From an uncultured archaeon (GTDB lineage: Archaea > Iainarchaeota > Iainarchaeia > Iainarchaeales > JAAZKV01), in contig CAZKBG010000001.1 of assembly GCA_964551375.1 (NCBI GenBank), positions 150,001 to 182,000 of the forward strand: a stretch of DNA of 32,000 bases, written 5' to 3'. The notes under the pieces are model-generated. The model made no database searches and was not told the DNA's origin. It worked only from the letters and a program-made list of their open reading frames with translations. Of this stretch, positions 26,491 to 32,000 are shown in pieces. Numbering within the stretch: position 1 is the first letter of the stretch; the number at the start of each line of letters is the position of its first letter. The position numbers and the translations under genes were made by a program.

Positions 26491-26830
26491 CACAATCTCC
26501 TCCATGTGAAAAAGTGTTTTCGATAAATAGAAAAAGTTCAAGTATATAAATCAATATGCCTTTTTTTAAGAAAAATAGGAATTTTGCCTCTAAACTGCCT
26601 CTAAAATACTGTCAGTGCGCCGCATATTAAGCCGCTCTGCACTGCTCAACTAATGCCCCCACGCTTCCTGAAAATGAGGCAATTACTATATCAATTCCCC
26701 CAAGTTCTTCGTCCAAATAACTTTCCATATATGTATTGCCTGAGCTGAGTTTATTAAGACTTGACTAGTTTTTGCTGTGCTAAATGATACACCATAAATA
26801 TTATTAATGTAAAAATGAATTAGTAGTGTT

Positions 26831-27511
26831 ATGGCGAAGAGAAAAGTCACTCCTTCAAAAAGCAAAGAAGTTTTGAGAAATAATATTACAAAGTCAAATG
26901 AAGCAAAGTCAAATGAAGTAAAGTTTAAGGGGTTAGAATTTAAACTTGCTTTTTTGGGACTTGTTATTTTTATTATTTCAGTCGCAGTATCAATTTTACT
27001 AAGCCCTGGTTATGACTTCTTTTCCAATTACTTAAGCGAACTTGGAGTGGGAAACACAGCGCTTATTTTTAATATTGGAGTAGTTCTCACGGCAGTTTTG
27101 CTAATTCCGTTTTTTGTCACGCTTTATGAAAAAGATAAATTCCTTCCTCAATTAATTGCAATTCTTGGCGTAGTTGGAATGATTTTCTTTATTGGAGTAG
27201 GGGTATTTCCTCTAACTGCTGGGATAATACACACCTTCTCAGCGTTTCTTTTCTTTTTCACAATGACGCTTGTAATATTCTTTGTATTTGTTGAATTCTT
27301 CACAAAAGCATTTTTTAAAAATATGAAATCATGCTGCTGTGTAGTAATTTTTGCATTTGCAACCGCAAGCATTATCCCAATAGCGTTGAATATTGCGCTA
27401 CTACTTTTCCAAAACCCATTTTGGCAGAAGCTTGCAGTAATTGGAATAATAATTTGGTTCATAGCATTTTCAGTAATAAGGCAGACTAAATGGAAATGTT
27501 TGTCCTGCTAA
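26831..27511 (+). CDS. DUF998-like polytopic membrane protein
   Basis: LLSPGYDFFSNYLSELGVGNTALIFNIGVVLTAVLLIPFF and GVGVFPLTAGIIHTFSAFLFFFTM motifs; six TM-like segments. Confidence 0.82.
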   Translation: MAKRKVTPSKSKEVLRNNITKSNEAKSNEVKFKGLEFKLAFLGLVIFIISVAVSILLSPGYDFFSNYLSELGVGNTALIFNIGVVLTAVLLIPFFVTLYEKDKFLPQLIAILGVVGMIFFIGVGVFPLTAGIIHTFSAFLFFFTMTLVIFFVFVEFFTKAFFKNMKSCCCVVIFAFATASIIPIALNIALLLFQNPFWQKLAVIGIIIWFIAFSVIRQTKWKCLSC

Positions 27512-27610
27512 ATTAGATGAAGTTATTAATACTTAAGTCCAATATCTCAAAAACATTTGAGAAGCTCATATTTAAGAAACTATTAAATATCCTAAAATCA
27601 TTATTAATGC

Positions 27611-28312
27611 ATGCAAAAAATCACAATCTTTTTGTTACTCTTGACAATTGTATTAATAACGGGGTTTGCAAAAGCCGACTTGATAATTCCTCCAGAGCCT
27701 GGAACACATGAGGTAAGCGAATGCGTTAAGATTGTAAACGCCGACAGTATAAATTCAGGACAATATATTATTGTTAGTTTAGAGTATAAGTTTGATAGAT
27801 CTAGGAGGAGTAATAATTTTGACGGCAAAGACAGTGATAATTATGCCAAGTTTGGGCATGAACTAAGAATTGTTTCCCCTGCTGACTGTGTTGCGAATAG
27901 AATTTTTGGAGCGACGGTTGGCATGGTGCATACGAACTACTTAATAGATAAAATCGAATTTGAATCAATTGGTGGAATTTATATGACTGATTTTAACTAT
28001 TTCAAAGACAAGCAAAACATAGAATCAATTTCAAGCCTCTACTACAGAATAGGAAGAGTAAAAGACACAAATACTCTGACTGCAATTGACTTAAACTATA
28101 CAGCTGAAGTATTTGAAAATCAGGTCGCATTTACAAAAGTGGGTGAGAAATGGACTTATTCAGACGACCTTGTTTCTCAAGTTGACAAGCCGCAGCCTGA
28201 TTTGCCTCCTATTGAAGAACCAATAGAGCCAATTTCGCAGCCTGTAAAACAAATGAATGTTTTTGAGCAAATATTCTGCTTCTTCAAATCAATCTTTACA
28301 GGAAGCTGCTAG
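27611..28312 (+). CDS. Secreted hypothetical protein
   Basis: Signal peptide MQKITIFLLLLTIVLITGFAKA followed by a soluble domain, Pro-rich segment and short hydrophobic Cys-containing C-terminus. Confidence 0.72.
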   Translation: MQKITIFLLLLTIVLITGFAKADLIIPPEPGTHEVSECVKIVNADSINSGQYIIVSLEYKFDRSRRSNNFDGKDSDNYAKFGHELRIVSPADCVANRIFGATVGMVHTNYLIDKIEFESIGGIYMTDFNYFKDKQNIESISSLYYRIGRVKDTNTLTAIDLNYTAEVFENQVAFTKVGEKWTYSDDLVSQVDKPQPDLPPIEEPIEPISQPVKQMNVFEQIFCFFKSIFTGSC

Positions 28313-28370
28313 ACAACTAAAAGTATTAAAAGACTAACAAAAACAAATTCTGTGTTATAACATATTGTAA

Positions 28371-28521
28371 GCGGAGATGGCAGAGTGGTCTAATGCACTG
28401 GTCTCGAACGGCCCCTTTTTTCTTGAAAGAAAAAAGGTGTACGGTACCCCAAAAAAGAACTTACTGGGCTAGAGTTAACCAGACCCGAAAGGGTTCGTCG
28501 GTTCAAATCCGGCTCTCCGCG
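28371..28521 (+). tRNA. tRNA-Ser (anticodon CGA) with a 68-nt intron (28409..28476) at canonical 37/38 position
   Basis: Acceptor GCGGAGA/TCTCCGC; anticodon stem CTGGT/ACCAG split by the intron; loop CTCGAA|...|A; BHB-like pairing (CTC/GAG and GGCCC/GGGCT around the splice sites); variable arm ACCCGAAAGGGT; T-arm GTCGGTTCAAATCCGGC; discriminator G, CCA not encoded. Confidence 0.93.
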
Positions 28522-28595
28522 TCTTTACTCGGGACTTGTGTCGGAAACAAAAAGTCTGTACACAGTTCAACCTTGAAACTATAGTCTACAACCAC

Positions 28596-28603
28596 CTATA
28601 AAT
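28596..28603 (+). promoter_or_regulatory. Candidate TATA box (CTATAAAT) for a possible ncRNA
   Basis: ACCACCTATAAATTAATTTCG followed ~25 nt later by a GC-rich hairpin-containing stretch with no ORF. Confidence 0.35.
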
Positions 28604-28621
28604 TAATTTCGCTAGTGTCCT

Positions 28622-28745
28622 GCCGTTGTTCAAAAAATGAGCTCTTTTAAAAGAAGCTTTTTGCGCGGATATTTTTCCGCGGAGTCACTGTAAAATGCTC
28701 AGATTGCTAAACTGAGATTGGCGCGAGCGCGCAGGTTTGCAGGGA
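28622..28745 (+). ncRNA. Candidate structured non-coding RNA
   Basis: Three local hairpins: CGCGGA/TCCGCG (28664..28681), CTCAG/CTGAG (28698..28716), GCGC-GAGC-GCGC (28721..28732). GC-rich relative to surroundings, upstream TATA-like box, T7 run at 28755..28761. Confidence 0.35.
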
Positions 28746-28746
28746 A

Positions 28747-29538
28747 TTAAAGAGTTTTTTTAGTTAATTTATTAGCATACAGGAAATAGGGTATGAAGAA
28801 TCCAGCGTATAATCCTATGAAGTGTGCTGCTCCGTTTGCCATTGTATTTTGTTGTACACTTAATTGAGAAAATATTGGTAGTCCAAATAGTAAGATAGAT
28901 ATCATGACTAGCAGTATCATCATTCTTGGGTTTTTCCACAAATATGATTTTATTTGATTCTTGTTTATGTTAAGCTTTTTGGAAATAATCCAGACTGCTA
29001 TTGCGTTTATTACTATTGCTATTATTATCCAGTTTATTCCAAGTAGCCAAGAAAACCCATATAGTGTGGCAAGTGCGTCAGCTATTATTACTATTGTTGT
29101 TGAAGCTAAGTATATCATAAAGAAGAATGCAACTTTTGATTTTGAGTAGTCTAGATTGAGTTTTAGGTCTTTGTTAAGTACTTCAATTGTGAAGAAAAGT
29201 AATATGCCAAATGTGGCTGTTATTATGTCAGAAAATCCACACGAGGTTTTGAAATTGGTCATTATTATAAATCCAAGGAAGTTGGCAATTGTCACTATTG
29301 AAAATGTGATTAGGAAGATTTTGTAGAATTGATTCCAAAGGTCCTTTCTTTCTGAGGTAATTAATACTATTAAAAGATAAAATACAAAAAAGCTGATTAT
29401 GTTTGGAATTAGGTGTCCATCAAGGTTTTCATGAACAAATGTTGATGTAATAATTTGAACAGGGGAAAAGCTTTCTCTATTGAGCTTGAATTGGTTTTGA
29501 TCTATTGGAAGACAGAAGCATACAGGAGAAAACCAATT
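28747..29538 (-). pseudogene. Rhomboid-like intramembrane protease gene, N-terminally incomplete or non-canonical start (table ORF uses GTG at 29295; frame open to 29538)
   Basis: In-frame translation upstream of 29295 gives SPVQIITSTFVHENLDGHLIPNIISFFVFYLL; downstream CGFSDIITATFGI and ANGAAHFIGLYAGFFIPYF resemble the rhomboid H..H..N, GxS and AHxxG motifs. No ATG/GTG/TTG found in the upstream extension. Confidence 0.55.
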
Positions 29539-29747
29539 CTAATGGACACATTAACTGCCGAGCAGAAAAAAACATTCAATCTGATAAACTCCATTTATGA
29601 AACCCAGATTGAGGCGCATCCTGCGGATTACAAAAAGTTTATTTCAATATTTGAAAAAAGCTTTAAATATTATTTATAATGTTTAAATTTTCACGAATAT
29701 AATATTTGTAAAATATCTTTGCAAAGCATTGTTTTACAAAGCATCAT

Positions 29748-30320
29748 TTAACAGGTGAAGTCGCCTGTTGGATTTGCCGAGCACACTAAGGCATTATTTG
29801 AGCCTGTTATCTGTTGACCGGATTCATTTGTTGTAAATGCATTTAAGTCTCTTTGAATTTCATACCATCCTGCTGTGAAGTGCTTTACATAAATGCCGTT
29901 ATCCGCAAGAGCTTTTCCCACATGCCTTGAAAGCATGCAGTACCCGCTGTAGCAGTAAGTAATAATCGGTTTATCTTTTGGCAGAGAAGAAAATGCGTTA
30001 ATAACTTCCTGTTCGCGCATCTCAACCGCTGGAATATTAACCGCAGTAACTAAATGCCCTTTAGCATAATCAGCTGAAGCGCGCAAGTCAACAACAAGCC
30101 CGTCTACTTTTCCGTTTTTGTAGTCATAAACAAAATCGGCCGGGCTGATGCTCACTAATGATTCAGAAGTATAAAATTCTTCATAAATAGCAGCTTCGCT
30201 TTTTGGAATAAAACTAATAACTGCCGCTGAGACAATTGCGCCAATAAATGCGCTTATTATAACGCAAATAATCAGCGTTTTGTAATCAAATTTCTTTGTT
30301 TTATTTTCATTTTTGCTCAT
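29748..30320 (-). CDS. Membrane-anchored rhodanese-like domain protein
   Basis: MSKNENKTKKFDYKTLIICVIISAFIGAIVSAAVISFIP anchor; VVDLRASADYAKGHLVTAVNIPA; active-site-like ITYCYSGYCMLSRHVGKALADNG. Confidence 0.93.
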   Translation of the reverse strand: MSKNENKTKKFDYKTLIICVIISAFIGAIVSAAVISFIPKSEAAIYEEFYTSESLVSISPADFVYDYKNGKVDGLVVDLRASADYAKGHLVTAVNIPAVEMREQEVINAFSSLPKDKPIITYCYSGYCMLSRHVGKALADNGIYVKHFTAGWYEIQRDLNAFTTNESGQQITGSNNALVCSANPTGDFTC

Positions 30321-30467
30321 AAGAATCAATAAGCTTTTTGGGCAAATTGCCTTTTATGTCTTTCTTTCAATTTGGAAACCAGTGTTTTCGAATTTCGTAA
30401 AGAAATTAATATTTTGGGATAGTGGGCATAGCTTTAAATTCAAGACAACATTAATTTTATTTTTGAT

Positions 30468-31757
30468 ATGTTAATCACACAGCAGGCGAATGAGCTAAAT
30501 AATATAATTAGTGGGTGTAATAAAACTGTTTTTGAGTTGCTTTCAAAAAAAGGAAAAGCAGCTTACTATCCAAAAGAAGGAATCTTAGCCCAATCAGCCG
30601 CTGCAAAAGGGAAAAAAATTAATGCCACAATCGGGGTTGCAATTGAAGATGACGGCTCTCCGATGAGGCTTCCTGCAATTGCCGACAAAATTCTAATTGA
30701 TCCAAAAGATGTTTTCTTATACGCTCCAAGCGAGGGGAAAAAACCATTAAGGGATGCTTGGAAGAGCGCAATGTTTGAAAAAAATCCTTCATTAAAAGAG
30801 CCAATCAGCCTTCCAGTGGTAACTCATGCGCTAACCCATGGAGCAAGCATTGTCGGGCATTTGTTTTTGGATGAAAATGATTCAATTATTACGCCTGATT
30901 TGTATTGGGGGAATTACAAACTAATTTTCACTAACGGATATGGAGCAAAAATTGAAACTTTTAACACTTTTCTTAATGGAAAATTTGACGTAAAAGCAAT
31001 GCAGGAAAAAATAATTGGAGGGGGAAAGAAAATTCTGCTTTTAAATTTCCCAAACAATCCAAGCGGATACACTCCAACAAAAACCGAAGCAAATGAAATA
31101 ATTAACACAATTAAAACCGCCGCTGAATCAGGAAGCAAAATAGCAGTAATTGTTGATGACGCTTATTTTGGATTATTTTTTGAAAATGATATTGAAAAAG
31201 AATCTCTCTTTTCAAGACTTGCGAATTTGCATGAGAATGTTCTTGCAATAAAGCTTGACGGGGCTACAAAAGAGCATTACGCGTGGGGATTAAGGGTTGG
31301 ATTTATCACTTACGGCTTCAAAGGCGCAACAAAAGAAGCTTACACCGCGCTTGAAGAAAAAACTTCAGGAGCAATAAGGGGAAGCATTTCAAACGCATCA
31401 AATTTATCAGAAAGCCTTGTGCTCTTGGCATTGACTTCTCAAACGCACAATTCTGAAAAGGAGCAGAAATTTAATATTTTAAAAGAAAGATACCAAAAAA
31501 TGAAAGAATTAATGAAACTGGAAAAATACAAGCCTGTTTTTGAATCTCTGCCTTTTAATTCAGGGTACTTTATGTGCATAAAGCCAAAGAATGCAAAAGC
31601 CGAAAACGTGCGCCTAAAATTACTGGAAAAATATGATACCGGAGTGATATCCACAAACGGACTGCTTAGAATTTCATTCTCAAGCGTTCCTGTGAAAAAC
31701 CTGCAAGAGCTTGTTGAAAATATTTATTTTGCTTGCTTGGAGTGTGAAAATAAATGA
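30468..31757 (+). CDS. PLP-dependent aminotransferase, class I/II
   Basis: LLLNFPNNPSGYTPTKTEANEII; IAVIVDDAYFGLFF; KLDGATKEHYAWGLRVGF (PLP lysine region). Confidence 0.93.
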   Translation: MLITQQANELNNIISGCNKTVFELLSKKGKAAYYPKEGILAQSAAAKGKKINATIGVAIEDDGSPMRLPAIADKILIDPKDVFLYAPSEGKKPLRDAWKSAMFEKNPSLKEPISLPVVTHALTHGASIVGHLFLDENDSIITPDLYWGNYKLIFTNGYGAKIETFNTFLNGKFDVKAMQEKIIGGGKKILLLNFPNNPSGYTPTKTEANEIINTIKTAAESGSKIAVIVDDAYFGLFFENDIEKESLFSRLANLHENVLAIKLDGATKEHYAWGLRVGFITYGFKGATKEAYTALEEKTSGAIRGSISNASNLSESLVLLALTSQTHNSEKEQKFNILKERYQKMKELMKLEKYKPVFESLPFNSGYFMCIKPKNAKAENVRLKLLEKYDTGVISTNGLLRISFSSVPVKNLQELVENIYFACLECENK

Positions 31758-32000
31758 ATTATAAGGAGCTTTTGGATAAAAAAAGCGCTGAAAAACTTAG
31801 CGCGCTAAAAAATGAAAATGTGGAAAAAATAATTGCAAAATACGCGGAACTTTGCAAGCCAAAAGCAATTTATGTATTTGATGATTCAATAGAAGACAGC
31901 AAAATCATAAGAAAAATGGCGATAGAAAGAAAGGAAGAAACTGCTCTTGCAATGAATAATCACACTGTTCATTATGACGGCTACTTTGACCAGGGAAGAG
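31754..32000 (+). CDS. pckG: Phosphoenolpyruvate carboxykinase (GTP), N-terminal fragment cut by window edge
   Basis: MNYKELLDKKSAEKLSALKNENVEKIIAKYAELCKPKAIYVFDDSIEDSKIIRKMAIERKEETALAMNNHTVHYDGYFDQGR; ATGA 4-nt overlap with the aminotransferase stop. Confidence 0.82.
   Translation, partial: MNYKELLDKKSAEKLSALKNENVEKIIAKYAELCKPKAIYVFDDSIEDSKIIRKMAIERKEETALAMNNHTVHYDGYFDQGR

Noticed and set aside
1-32000. CRISPR array, transposon, integrase, toxin-antitoxin, restriction-modification or retron-like system
   Set aside because: No regularly spaced direct repeats, transposase/recombinase motifs or recognisable defence gene set seen on either strand.

Overview
This is an archaeal chromosomal window. 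I infer a DPANN-type, AT-rich genome from eL42, a BHB-type tRNA intron, a GTP-type PEPCK and the overall gene style. It is mostly ordinary core and accessory genes. I found no CRISPR array, transposon, integrase or obvious defence island. The main supported genes are: a truncated membrane/coiled-coil protein; a membrane protein paired with an SMC-family ATPase; ribosomal protein eL42; a winged-helix protein; a large acidic-tailed HerA/DUF87-type ATPase; tRNA-Ser(UGA); an FkbM methyltransferase; a stand-alone topoisomerase-type zinc finger; a DEAD-box helicase with a very long charged tail; cupin and hemerythrin genes; an asparagine synthetase-diphthamide synthetase (Dph6-like) fusion; a multi-domain surface protein; a MacB-like ABC transporter; a secreted beta-propeller protein; a tiny SWIB-like protein; a DUF998-like membrane protein; an intron-containing tRNA-Ser(CGA); a rhomboid-like gene lacking a normal N-terminus; a rhodanese; an aminotransferase; and the start of a PEP carboxykinase. 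The strongest oddities are: (1) an SMC-type ATPase whose midpoint carries a Rad50-like CPTC zinc-hook motif instead of an SMC hinge; (2) the glutaminase/AsnB plus Dph6 fusion with two PP-loops; (3) the half-SWIB miniprotein; (4) structured intergenic regions near both tRNA-Ser genes that look like unannotated ncRNAs, one with mutually exclusive helices; (5) perfect short hairpins between two convergent gene pairs.
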